A stretch of DNA of 63,812 bases, filler included, from Welwitschia mirabilis (Eukaryota): assembly GCA_051453625.1 (NCBI GenBank). It is 3 parts of one record of this genome, joined end to end, with 100 filler letters (N's around TTAATTAATTAA, not from the genome) between each part and the next. Parts side by side here need not be neighbours in the genome. Positions count along the whole stretch, not along the records: positions 34,565 to 63,812 come from JBOZIK010000001.1; 2 more parts are not named here. One strand, written 5' to 3'. Shown here in pieces: positions 40,010 to 52,956 of the stretch (positions within the stretch are counted from its first letter, which is position 1; each line of letters begins with the position of its first letter). A program made the translations under genes and the position numbers. The notes below the pieces were generated by a model. It made no database searches, was not told where the DNA came from, and saw nothing but the letters and a program-made list of their open reading frames with translations.

Positions 40010-42879
40010 NNNNNNNNNNNNNNNNNNNNNNNNNNNNNNNNNNNNNNNNNNNNNNNNNNNNNNNNNNNNNNNNNNNNNNNNNNNNNNNNNNNNNNNNNNN
40101 NNNNNNNNNGGAAAAATATTTCAAAGGAAATGTTAATATAGCAGGAAAGTAAGAGGTAGGGGAGTGAAAACATGTTTTAATCCTTATTTCTACAATTTTC
40201 TTTTGTTTTGCTTCAACAGCTTGGCATTGTCGTAGTCTTTTTTATTTTAGATGTTTGTGCTATGTTCATTTTTCTTTACTCTTCTTAGTTCATGTTAAGA
40301 TGCCTAATTGTCTTATAACTATATGATTAGCCATTAATCTCAAGTGTTCTACAAACTGTTTGTGAAAAATTTTATGAATTAAGATAGATATATCCATAGA
40401 GCTAGTGAGTAAGGAGACTATCCACTTAGTTTTGTGAAATTCATATGAAGGGAATGAATGAATTTTCAATTCATGTCTTGGTATAGCTGCATGATATCAA
40501 GCCTAAAAATGCTTCAACTCTAAGACATTGAGCAACGACTGGATANNNNNNNNNNNNNNNNNNNNNNNNNNNNNNNNNNNNNNNNNNNNNNNNNNNNNNN
40601 NNNNNNNNNNNNNNNNNNNNNNNNNNNNNNNNNNNNNNNNNNNNNGGATAGTTCAACCTTCTTGTTCTTGAGACAAGTTATAAAAGATACTTTAGGATTT
40701 TGTGTTTTTTACATTGATTGAATGTTTCTTTTTAAAGATGTTTAGACTTTGACATAGTACCCTTATTCATGTTATTTGTGGATGCCAAATACTCACAAAT
40801 GTAATTTACCAAAATTTAACATAGTCCCTTATTAGCACAGTTATGTTTCATGTGTATTAAGGGGAAAGGGAAAAAATTAGCATAACTTTTCTCCTTTAAG
40901 ATGGCTAAATGTGTATTAATTTATTTGCCTATCAATTGGTTACTACCATCATTACTTTAGTGTGCAAGAATCCCTCTAAAATGAATACTTATTTTTTAAA
41001 AATGTAAAGTTTTAATGGTAATATAAGATTTTATTAGTATTTAGGACTGAGAGCTTTTGTTTGATTATGTATCTGATTATAGCCTCTTAATATTATTCTA
41101 ACACTATTTTTGTTTTTTTTGGAATTTATATTGAAACTAAAAATGAAGACTTAAGGTGTTCTTGGTACATGTTGCAAGCCTACAAACAAACAAATGATAA
41201 CCAACTGCAATAGCTCTATGTAAGTAAGTTCACTAGCACACACACATTATGTTAACAATCACATGATTTTTCATCTGTTTATTATTATTTGTTGTCATGT
41301 GTATATTTTTTTTATTTTTACTATCATTTTCTATTTGAGGATTTTGCTCATTATTTTAGCATGTGAACATTTTAACCTTGCTGATTAAGGGGCTCCAAGT
41401 GTTAGGGTACAAAAGCTGTAGAATCTTTCAAAGTACTGAAGAGTCCCATTCTCATAATAGACACCATTGCATTGTTTCTTAAGTTGAATTTCATAGCAAG
41501 TTCTTTTTTTACTAGCTTAAACAATATTAGGACAATTATGGAAATGCTAATCAATCTTTCATGTTAAAAGGTAAGGCATTGTAGTGAACTCAGACTCTAG
41601 GGTTGTGCTTTTCTTGTGCATTAAAAATGTGAAGAAAGATGTTAGTCATTATCTATCTCATGCAGTTAGTTGCAACCAAATCTGGTTTTGTCATTATAGG
41701 ATGCATTTCATCAATATGAAAATGAAAGATATAATGAAAATAAATCTTTGATTGAATCATAGGAGAGTGGGCCTTTGAAAGTTCTATTTTGCTTTGTATT
41801 TTCATTTTTTAACTTTCAAACTCTAAAGAAATTCCATCTTTAAGTTGGTTGAACAAGTCTTTGAAAAGTAATTTACCGATCCAGTTTTTAATAACACCAA
41901 TTTACTAGTGGTAGATCATGTTGAAAGCATACCTTGAAAGGATATGCATGCCACAAAAATAGAGATTTAAGTTTACTGAATGGATTCAAAGAGAATTCCC
42001 TTTGCATACATTACTAGAAGCTTTACACAAAATGTATTAGGAAGCTTCTCATCAATTCTCATGCTTGTGAAAATAATGAAAAGAAAATAGTTGTTATGTT
42101 CCAAAAGGATGGCCTTATAGAAAATATGTGGCTCGTCTCACTACTTACTGCTTCCATCTTCTTAACGCAGTCACTTATTAATACAATTACATTTCATGTG
42201 TACTAAGGAGGAAGGGAAAAAAATAGCATAACTTTTCTCCTTTAAGATGGCTTATTTAAAAAAGTGCTTTTTCCATTTTCAAAACCTATGCATATGTTTG
42301 TCTAGAGAACAAGGAGGAAAATTTTAATAGTAAACTATTTAGGCTATTTGATTCAATAGAAAGCAAACTATCATGTATTGCCATCTATGATTTTTCTTTG
42401 GATTGTTTGATAGAATAGAAGCCTACGATATCACTATCTGCCTTTCCTTCAATTCTTACAAAAAGAAAATTTTATTTCTAAGGGTTATAAAATGGAGTTA
42501 AATCTTTTGTAAATGAAATCTTATGCTTTTTATTTTCTAGAAGTATGTGGACAGGAAGAAGGAAAAAGGCTTTTAATAGACACACAAGAAGAATGAGGGA
42601 GTATCATTCATTCACTCATATATCATCTACTTATGTTTTCTTTCACAAGATGGTCATCATTATAACATCCAAATAGGTTTCTATTAAAAAGTAAAGGCAA
42701 CTCTTCCTTCATCATGTTATTTTCAGAAAGTGGCTTTATGTTTTGACATTCACCTTAATATAACATGTTTTACTATGGGTAAAGCTACTAGAATTTCCAT
42801 AAGAAACCATCATTTTAATGGATTCTATCTCATTTTATTAGTTCTGATAGCCTTGTGCAGTGATTTTTTTTTTTTGGGA

Positions 42880-43130
42880 AATTTATACCTTTTAAGGTGT
42901 TTGTTTGTTAAAATGCTTTTATAGGTTGGCATTTTAAGGCATTTATGTAAAAAAATGCCTCAAAAGGTTCTTAAGGTGTTTCTTTCGAAAATGCCTTAAA
43001 ATACATTTTAAGGCGGCGTTTTCAAACATCTTAGAAATACTTTAAAAGCCTAGCGATGCCTTTTAAGGCATTTTGTGAGGTTTTTTAAGGCATTTTACAA
43101 ATGCATTAAAAGCCTATGTTTCTTGTAGTA
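42880..43130. mobile_element. CACTA (En/Spm) right end with subterminal repeats; the element probably extends left to the gap at ~40110
   Basis: Terminus TTTCTTGTAGTA is the reverse complement of CACTACAAGAAA with one G>A change. Many TTTAAGGCA / TGCCTTAAA motifs occur in both orientations. It abuts mid-RT sequence. Confidence 0.8.
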
Positions 43131-46015
43131 AGAATTAAGCCAAAATAACTTCCACTTGCCATTAGGGTACTTATACCTATAAAGTACTATGTTTAGGCTA
43201 TATAATGCTCCTGCTACTTTTCAAAGGTTAGTCAATAGCAATTTTCAAGACATGATAGAAAGATCAATCAAAGTATTTATGAATGATTTCTTAACATCTG
43301 GAAAGAACTTTAAGGAGTCACTTGAGAAACTGAAAAAAGTTTTGCAAATATGCAAAAAAAAATGCCTTAAACTTATCTAGTCAAAAACTCATCTTATGAT
43401 AACATAAGGCATAGTATTAAGACACAAAATCTATAAAGGAGGACTAAAACTAATGAATATAAAATCAAATCTATAAAAGATATTCCATCCCAAATAAACT
43501 AAAAGAGTTGAGATCTCTTCTACGATATGTTGGATATTATAGAAGATTCATATCGAATTTTAGTAAAATTGCTAAACCTTTGAGTAATCTTATACAAAAG
43601 GATATGAAATATGAATGGATTAGGAAATGTCAAAATACCTACCAAACCTTAAAAAATAGACTTTTATCAGCTCCTATTTTATGAGGTCCAAATTAGATAA
43701 GACCATTTCACATTATAACTGATGCATCTAAACATGCTATGGGAGTAGTTTTAAGATAGAAAGATAAATATAATAAATCTTATGCCATTACTTACATAAG
43801 TAAGAACTTCAAACTAGCTCAACAAAATTATACAATAACAGAGAATAAATTGTTAACAGTAGTAATAGCTTTGCAAAAATTCAGACATTATATTTTAGGT
43901 TACCAAGTGAAAGTTCATACTGATCATAATGCCATTAGATTTCTAATAAATAAGAAAGAACCAAACTTGAGAATTATGAGATGGATATTATTAATGTAGG
44001 AGTTTGATTTAAAAATTATTGATAGGAAAAGGACAAAGAATGTGGTAGCAGATCACTTATCAAGATTAGAGTTTTTAAACAAAGAGTAAGTCAACATAAG
44101 AGATGAGTGTCTAGATGAGCATCTTTTTAGGTAACCACAAATCCATGGTATGCTGACATCGCTAACTTTCTTATAAGTAAAGGATTACCATCTTTTATAA
44201 CTTATTATAAAAGAAAAAAATCATTAAGGAAGTCTAAAGATTATACCTAGTATAATAAGATTTTATTTAAAGAATGCAAAAGTCATGTCATTAGAAGATG
44301 TATAGAGGAATACTTATAAGAGAAATTTTAAAGAAGGCTTATAAGGAAGAATGAGGACGAAATTATGATGCAAAAAGAACACAAATGAAAATTATCCATA
44401 TGGGATATTATTAACCCACCATATTCAAGGATGTAAATACTTATGTCCAAGGTTTTGACAATGATAGAGAGAAGGCACACTTAGTCAAAATTTAGAAATG
44501 GGATAATGATGGATTCAAATAATTGAACATTTTGATATTTGAGGGATAGGTTTTATTGGACCTATCAATCCCTCATCTTTTGGAAAGAAATATATTTTGG
44601 TCTATATTGATTACTTCACTAAATGAGCTGAGGCTAAGAATGTGATAAATTATGTTTCCCAAACATAGTTAACTCTTCCCTTAAAAATATTATCTACCGA
44701 TTTGAAGCCCCTAAAATCTTATATCTAATAGGAGAACTCACTTTACTAGTGAAGTCTTTGAGAAACTTCTGACCAAGTTTGGAATCCATCACAAAATATT
44801 TACTACATATCACCCTCAATCTAATGGCTAAGTTAAAGTAACTAATCAAGAGCTCAATAGAATATTAATAAAGGTTATAAACAATAAGAAAATTAATTAG
44901 GCTAATGAATTAAATGAAGCTCTATGGGCTTACAAAATAACTTGGAAACATACTACAAGNNNNNNNNNNNNNNNNNNNNNNNNNNNNNNNNNNNNNNNNN
45001 NNNNNNNNNNNNNNNNNNNNNNNNNNNNNNNNNNNNNNNNNNNNNNNNNNNNNNNNNNNNNNNNNNNNNNNNNNNNNNNNNNNNNNNNNNNNNNNNNNNN
45101 NNNNNNNNNNNNNNNNNNNNNNNNNNNNNNNNNNNNNNNNNNNNNNNNNNNNNNNNNNNNNNNNNNNNNNNNNNNNNNNNNNNNNNNNNNNNNNNNNNNN
45201 NNNNNNNNNNNNNNNNNNNNNNNNNNNNNNNNNNNNNNNNNNNNNNNNNNNNNNNNNNNNNNNNNNNNNNNNNNNNNNNNNNNNNNNNNNNNNNNNNNNN
45301 NNNNNNNNNNNNNNNNNNNNNNNNNNNNNNNNNNNNNNNNNNNNNNNNNNNNNNNNNNNNNNNNNNNNNNNNNNNNNNNNNNNNNNNNNNNNNNNNNNNN
45401 NNNNNNNNNNNNNNNNNNNNNNNNNNNNNNNNNNNNNNNNNNNNNNNNNNNNNNNNNNNNNNNNNNNNNNNNNNNNNNNNNNNNNNNNNNNNNNNNNNNN
45501 NNNNNNNNNNNNNNNNNNNNNNNNNNNNNNNNNNNNNNNNNNNNNNNNNNNNNNNNNNNNNNNNNNNNNNNNNNNNNNNNNNNNNNNNNNNNNNNNNNNN
45601 NNNNNNNNNNNNNNNNNNNNNNNNNNNNNNNNNNNNNNNNNNNNNNNNNNNNNNNNNNNNNNNNNNNNNNNNNNNNNNNNNNNNNNNNNNNNNNNNNNNN
45701 NNNNNNNNNNNNNNNNNNNNNNNNNNNNNNNNNNNNNNNNNNNNNNNNNNNNNNNNNNNNNNNNNNNNNNNNNNNNNATTAATTTATGATCCTAAAAAAA
45801 TTCATTCAAAACAAAAATATGAATAAAACTAGCTAGGACCCTATGCCATAACAGAATTTCTAGGAAATGGAGCCATAGAAATATATGGTCCTGATGAAAA
45901 AGTAACCTACCAAGTTAATGAGTAAAGAATGAGGATGTACTATAATCATAAATCCATGCCTAATTATTTAGGAAAACTTAACAAGATGGAAGGAATACTT
46001 ACACTCTACCTCTAA
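43131..46015 (+). pseudogene. pol: Athila-type pol: RT (partial), RNase H, integrase with GPY/F tail
   Basis: Motifs NAPATFQRL..VFMNDF, TDASKHAMG, NYTITENKLL, VHTDHNA, NVVADHLSRL, YHPQSNG*VKVTN and GPYAITEFLGNGAIEI. Confidence 0.95.
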
Positions 46016-46779
46016 AATAAAGCTCCAGAACTAGATAATAAAATGACATGTTATTTCTTTAAAGTTTATCTAGTCTATTAATTTACCAAGTTGTTTAAAT
46101 TAAATGAAATAATTATAAAATAAGAAGTTGACTTAATAAGTCTTTAATAGGAAATTGTAAATTATTTTTATTAAGAATATTAAGGAAACACATTCCATCA
46201 CATAATAAAATACTTTTAAGCATCATTTGAGTATTAAAAAAATTAAAAAATGAAGAAATACCATAATGTTCTATTACAAGTGTACCAAGGCAAATATTCT
46301 CAAGAAGAGCCTTTAGTAGTGCAATATGGTAGTTGTGAGAACTCCACTTAGGGTCAGTTGATTATGATCTAAAGATATTTATAAATTAAAAAAAAAGGAA
46401 AAAGAAAAAAAGAAAGAGAGAGAAATAAATATATCTTATGGGTCCTTACTTCTCTAATAATGGTTGCAATCTTCTCATTGTGGTTAATCTACGTTATGAA
46501 GAATAAAACATATAGGCATAGTTGTACCCTAGAAGACATCTGAGATACAACTAGTTACCAAAACTAGAATCTTATCACAAGTAGAGATTAGGAAAGAATA
46601 GCATGCATATCACTAGATTATATTTAAGCTAAGATAAAACTTTGAAGTTTTAAAATTAATTTGCATGATCTTAATAATTTGATGAATTGTTTAGTTTAAA
46701 TATCCTTTAATAGAATACATGTATCCATAGTAAAGGAAAAATAGTGAAAGATGATTTATTTGAAATAAGAATCAAAGAC

Positions 46780-48950
46780 TTTATTAAACCAGGTAGTTAT
46801 TACAGCCATTTGCAGAAATAAAAGCAAAAACACTTCTCAATTCATTAAATAGGCTACTCCTCAACTCAAGAAACTCAATTCTTAAAGTGAACAAAAAAAT
46901 TTTTTCTTCTGTGAGAATGCCTAATCTTTGATGTTGACCTTACAGAATTCTCACCCGAGGGCAATAGATGCATCTCACCTAAAGATTCAGTTAGCATATC
47001 AATTTTCTATGGGTGGGTTAACTAAAAGTTTTGATAAGGTTTAGCATCTCATATTATCCTCTCTATATTTTTCGTAATAAAACTTAGTATAATAAGGCTC
47101 AAGATAGGGTTGGTGCCCTGAAGCTAATCGACTTTCTTCTCCAACACCTGCATCTATCCAGCTAGTTGACCCAAAGAAATGTCATAAGTTGATTCTCCAT
47201 AATTGAGTTACCAATGTAATTCTTTAGTCCTCAACCTTAGATACTTACTCTCTAATTAATGAATCAAAAGACCAAAGTTTGAAAGAATGAAACTAATTCT
47301 AAGATGATCTTTAATAACCTTAGTGATGAATAAATTCAAGGCATTTAAAACCTTAACATTTGAATTGTAATCATAGTATGGAAATTGCTATACCGCATTT
47401 TCAAACCTAACAAAGACTTGGAATGACTAGGAGTCTATAGTGCTAATGCACATGTCTATTTACATCGAACCTAAGTTGAATAAGAAATGCTTCACCTTTT
47501 TGATGTCAGAGGTAGTAATAGCAAAATAAGAAGGAGTGTAAGATATAGAAGAAAACAAGACAAAAAGTGGAAGGTGACTAAGTAAAGAAATTCTTAAGCT
47601 CAAGTGAAGAGTGATGGATAATCAGCATAAAAGAAATACAATTTATAGCACAAATCTTACCGTCCTATCTAGCAAGTGTAATTGAATTAACTTACCTAGT
47701 GCACACGTGTTTGATTTTAAAGTAAAAGATTAGATAAAGTAATATACTTATTTTACCAAATAGCTGAAATATATCAAGTGTTAGCATCAATATTTAAATA
47801 GGTCTGGAATCAAGGAATCTCAAACTGACTAAGATTCAACNNNNNNNNNNNNNNNNNNNNNNNNNNNNNNNNNNNNNNNNNNNNNNNNNNNNNNNNNNNN
47901 NNNAGGAACCCACTAAATCTTACTATTGTAAATTGCATTATCAAATAATTACCACAAATCTTGCAAATTCCTTTTGATCAAAAGAAAATTTTTGGGCCAT
48001 ATCTAGTAACTCAGAAAAGATTTTCTTCTATTTTGCTTTGAGAAAATATAAGAAAGAGAAGTTACTAGAGTTTTCTCCAGCAGAATTTCATGGTAAATCA
48101 AACCTTGAAATAAACATAAGAAGGGAGATCACTTGGCTAACTAATACCAAGTCAAGGCCAAAACTTTAGGTCAGATTTTAGATTAGCCATTTAAATCTTT
48201 TAGATGATACCAACTCAAAGTTTTGACTTTGAGTCATATTTCATGCCAAATTATTCATCTTTTCTACTCAGAAAACCTGCATTCAAACAAGTATCATTCA
48301 GTTAACTAATACCAACTTAAAGTTGAAACTTTAGATTAGATTTTAAGCTAGTCTAAATTTTTTTTTCACCCTATGATTATATATATCTAAAAAAAAGGCC
48401 TAGTTGACTAACCCTGATCTGAAGTCAAAACTTCAAATTAGATTTCAAGCCTAATCCTCAGCACATAAGTTTTGGAAGTTAACTGAGATCAGCCCAAAGC
48501 CAAAGCTTTGAACTAAATTTTAAGCCAGCTTTAATCCTTCGAACTTGCTTTTGGAAGAGAAAGGTATTATTCTTAATGAACTTCCTCAAATTCTCTCTAT
48601 AACTTTGACATGAGACTCTACTTTTACATTTACACTTACCTTTATAGGGACAATAGTAAGAATTTGAAGGATCCCATTGAGAACTCATGAGTTCTCGACA
48701 ACCACCTTCAAACTCTTTTGATCTCCTTCAGAATGGATTCGATGGTTCTTATCTAGAACTCGTGAGTCCTCGATGACCCTCATTAAATCTAATGCTATGG
48801 ACAGTAACCATCACTTAAATATGCCTTCCAATTACCTCATCATTCCACTTAAAATCATTCTCGATGCTCCCTCTTCATTCTCAATGATCCCCCATCACAA
48901 TGTTAACTCTATGTCAACCACATCAGTGCCTATGATATCAGTTCTAACTC
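46780..48950 (-). pseudogene. Antisense extra ORF remnant(s) in the family B 3' region
   Basis: One frame from ~47580 to ~46870 has only scattered TAA/TAG/TGA stops. A second coding-like stretch lies at ~48950-48520. Confidence 0.5.
48130..48530. repeat. Degenerate ~50-bp repeats (GTTAACTAATACCAA..AAAACTTTAGATTAGATTTTAAGC)
   Basis: About four diverged copies near 48135, 48300, 48403 and 48478. Confidence 0.65.
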
Positions 48951-50923
48951 AGTAAAATTTTCAAATTTTTACCTTACCAAATTAACATTCAAAATTTCCC
49001 AACATTAGCAAGGTCTAAATATTTTTAGTTGCATCTATTTTCTTTATAGTAAGATTTCTTATATANNNNNNNNNNNNNNNNNNNNNNNNNNNNNNNNNNN
49101 NNNNNNNNNNNNNNNNNNNNNNNNNNNNNNNNNNNNNNNNNNNNNNNNNNNNNNNNNNNNNNNNNAACATTCAAAATTTCCCAACATTAGCAAGGTCTAA
49201 AAATTTTCAGTTGCATCTATTTTCTTTATAGTAAGATTTCTTATTTACTGCTTAATCACGTGAATTAAATACGATATAAAGTATAATTTCTGCTTATTTA
49301 AAGTAGGAAATAGATCACTAATTTCTACTTTTACCCTACATTTTTAACTTATTATGTTTTTTTTTTTTTTTTTTTTGGTTCTTCTTAACAATGGAGGAAT
49401 ATCTTAGAACAAAAATTTCAGGTATAGTTAATACTCTACTTTAAGCATCTAGAACCATGCTAAACTTCACTTAAAAGAGTTGAATGGATTCAATACATGC
49501 AATGCTTTTACATTTAACTAAGCAAGTTTTACTTAATAAGCTATTTCTGAAGGTTACATATTGTAAGAATTTCTCTTTTACATACATTTTTCCTTGATTA
49601 ACTCCAACTCTAGTGCAATTTTTCATAAAATGCAGAATTATTTCAACACTAAATTTCACTCAAGTTCTTTTAGATCCTTGCTTGATTGAATTTAAATAAA
49701 GAATTGTTAAGCTAAGATGGTATGAGTGCCTTATCTTAAATAGCAGATTCTCTTTAGAATTTTCATATGAATTTTACAAAAAAATACTTGATAATCAAAA
49801 ATATGCCCAACTCATTAGACAAAGAGAAGAGTCAGAATCCAATAAGGAGTATCCTTTTATTTTCAAAAGAAGGAAAGAAAAATAATAAGGTTCTTCATTT
49901 CTCTCTCTCTCTCTTGTAAATACTTTATTTATTATGGAACTAGTAAAAATTTGAGCTTGAAGGAACTAACGAGGATAAATTTTATGTTAACCTTACTTAT
50001 TAATGAAGTGTTTTTCATTATCTCAATTATGTATTTTATCAGCAAAGATATGTGTGTATCTATCTTTATGATTACTAATCAATAGGTTAGTTAGTTAGTA
50101 TGTTAGTAGGTTAGTATGCATATATTTCATTATTGCATTTCAGGTACAAGATCACAAGTGGCATGAAGACGATAGATAAGGTTGAGGTAGTGAATTAACA
50201 TAACAATCCCAACCATGTACCTATTCATTAGGAGTAAAAAATGGAAATAGAAAAACTAACAAGGGTATAAGAATATGATCACCACGAAATGTAGGTATAT
50301 CTTTGGCAAAAAAGTTCTAGGAATAAACAAGGTAGGAAGGCCAAGTTAAGAAACTCTAGCTAGCCTATAAAGGTGTTAGTAGCATTTTCTCACACTCCAT
50401 AGTGTTACCTATAAAGAAGAATACAATTGTTCACTCATGTTTATGTATGGTATTTTAATTTAAAATTGAAAAGCATTTGAGTATCATTGTATGCATACTT
50501 TATCACTTGAAAAAGTGATATTACTTCTATCTTGCTTCTTTTGTATAGCTGAACATAAACTAGGATAATTCTCGTACTTAGAAATAAGTATTTCTTAGTA
50601 GTCTATTTAAGTTCTATCATGTTTTATTTCTTTCATTATTCCCATTTGGTGTAATATATGTACATAGTAATTAAGCTTTAATAAATAACCTAACTAGTTC
50701 AAGTAACTTCATCACAAGACTATTGTAATGATGAATTTTGAACTAAATAGTTAAGTCTCAATTAGTTATTTAGTAAGAATTTGACATATTTTTCTTGAAT
50801 GATATGTGCTTATTTTAGGTTAAAAGTGACACAGTTTCTACATTTTTCTACCATTATTTTATAGTTTTTGATATTATTTTGTGACACTTTCTACACTTAT
50901 TTTATCATATGAGCCAACCATTA

Positions 50924-52956
50924 GTATTATACTATTATTATTAATTAAAAAATACATTATTAAATTCAAGATTAATGGTTATTTAGATGTCTTATTTAAT
51001 GTATGAAGACAAGAAGACTTTGAATGTATGTTGTCAATGCATATATAACGGGATAGAAAATAAGTGTTACCTAATGTGCAAAACGAAAACATTTATTTTA
51101 TGAATGATAAGATATCTTGCTAAGGTTGATAATAATACAACCATGGATATGTACACATGAAAGAAATCAAAGAAAGAAGTGGCACATTAAGATAATAGGG
51201 TAATAAAAAATGTAACTACGTATATGAAAGCCTTTCAAGAGGAAATCAAGAGTTACAATGAGACTATAATAACTTTGTCAAAGGATGAAAGGTAAGAAAA
51301 ACATAAATGAAGCTAAACTAGAATGAAAATTTTAAAGGATACAAGAATTACTTACTCAGATGTAAGAAGAAATTAAAGGCATGTGTTCAAAGTTATGAAA
51401 ACATTTTTGTAAGCACTTCTTATGTTAGTTTTTTTCAGCATTGAAAGAGGTTGGTTTCTCTACACCCTTGAAAGAGTTTTTAGTAAGAGGGGTGGGTATC
51501 ACCTTTAAGGTTCATTACTAACATATGTAAAGTATGGTAAAAGGAATACATGGGAAATATTTACACCATGAAAAAAATAAGGATTTTGATATAAAAAGAG
51601 GAAACATTCTTATAATGGAGAAATTAGGTATCAATAACTTTCTTAAAGATAGTTTTAGAACTAAAAGTTATGATTTATTTGGAGGTATGAGTGTTATGCT
51701 ATTAATGGGTTTTTTTAAAAATTGATTTAGTAATGAAACAAAACAACTTTGGAATAGGAAGAATGCCAATGTCTGAGAAAAGGGAACAAGTTACAAAATT
51801 ACTCTTGATTGGATACATTTAGATCAATATAAATATTGGTGTAGACTTCTATAGTATTATTATAAATATAAAAGACAAAGATGACTTTACACTTATAGCT
51901 ATTATAATCAACCAATAGAAAATACATGTTATGATGAGGCATATGAAAGAAATGGAGGCAATCAAGAAATGCAAATTATAAAGTAAAGAACTAATATGAA
52001 AAACCTTTTAATTATCCAAATAAAAAAATGAGTAAAGTAATAAAGAAGTTAGCTAAAAGAAAATAAATATTGATAAGGTCATTATTATGATAGATAACCA
52101 TGACAAGCAATTGATTAAGGAATTAGCTAGATGAAGTTAAAGATGGTTCCAATAGTAAGTCCACAATATAAAGGAGTGATGCATACATGTTTAAGTTTTA
52201 TTATGTTACTACTAGTTTTAAAAGTTAAAAACAATATCAAATGTAATAATCTCCTTATCAAATTGATATTGGATGTGTTTCAAGTGTGTCATTTTTTGTT
52301 TTAATTATGTAATGTGGTTTAAGTGAATTGTAACATATGTGGCTAAAATTGAATATGACACATGTATGTGAAGACATGTTATGTGTTTTTACCTTCCTAG
52401 CTTATTATCAAAGGTATGGTAGCTTATAGATAATGTAGGAGAATCCCCACAGCATTTTACATTTCATATGTTTCTAGCATGTGATGGTATAGATGTTTTA
52501 ATAACTAGTTTTGATAGAAAGTTAAATAGTACCATAGTTATCTGAACATGCTATTTTTAAAATTCTAGCCATCTTTATCTTAGCTACTATACTATTTATC
52601 TAGTTAACTAAGCTATTAACAAAAGTTTTAGAATTTTACTAATATCTATTTGCATAATCAAATTACTCATATGATTGACTAGACTATGAACAAAGTTTTA
52701 AAAGTTAATCCAAGATTAAGGACCCATGTGCTAAAGCCTTTTAACATGTCTAGGAAGGAAAAATGAATGATTTTTTTTTTGTATTTTGTTCCCTTGTAAA
52801 TAATTCACATTCTTAATAATGTAGGAGTTAGAAAGGAAGTGTCTTCTTATGCTAAATAGTAATTCATAGTTTTATTAGCAAAGATAATCTCATTTCCTCA
52901 GTTTGTTCTATTTACTTAGTTTTCCTAGATTTGTGAGTGTATTAGGGCTTACATCA
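50924..52956 (+). mobile_element. CRM-like remnant, right part, with a putative 3' LTR (52177-52956)
   Basis: The protease region continues (KYIIKFKINGYLDV). A purine run is followed by TGATG... and the segment ends ...GGCTTACATCA, the typical CRM LTR termini. No partner LTR was seen. Confidence 0.45.

Larger units (their letters stand above)
38425..50923 (+). mobile_element. Athila-like family B element with both LTRs (38425-39375, 49967-50923)
   Basis: Collinear ~950-bp LTRs, TSD ATATT/GTATT, and PBS TGATGTTAGAAGGAGG (consensus TGGCGCTAGAAGGAGG, tRNA-Asn). gag and pol lie between the LTRs. Confidence 0.85.

Noticed and set aside
48130-48530. Spaced repeats as a CRISPR-like array
   Set aside because: Repeats are degenerate and irregular, lie inside a plant retrotransposon, and there are no cas genes.
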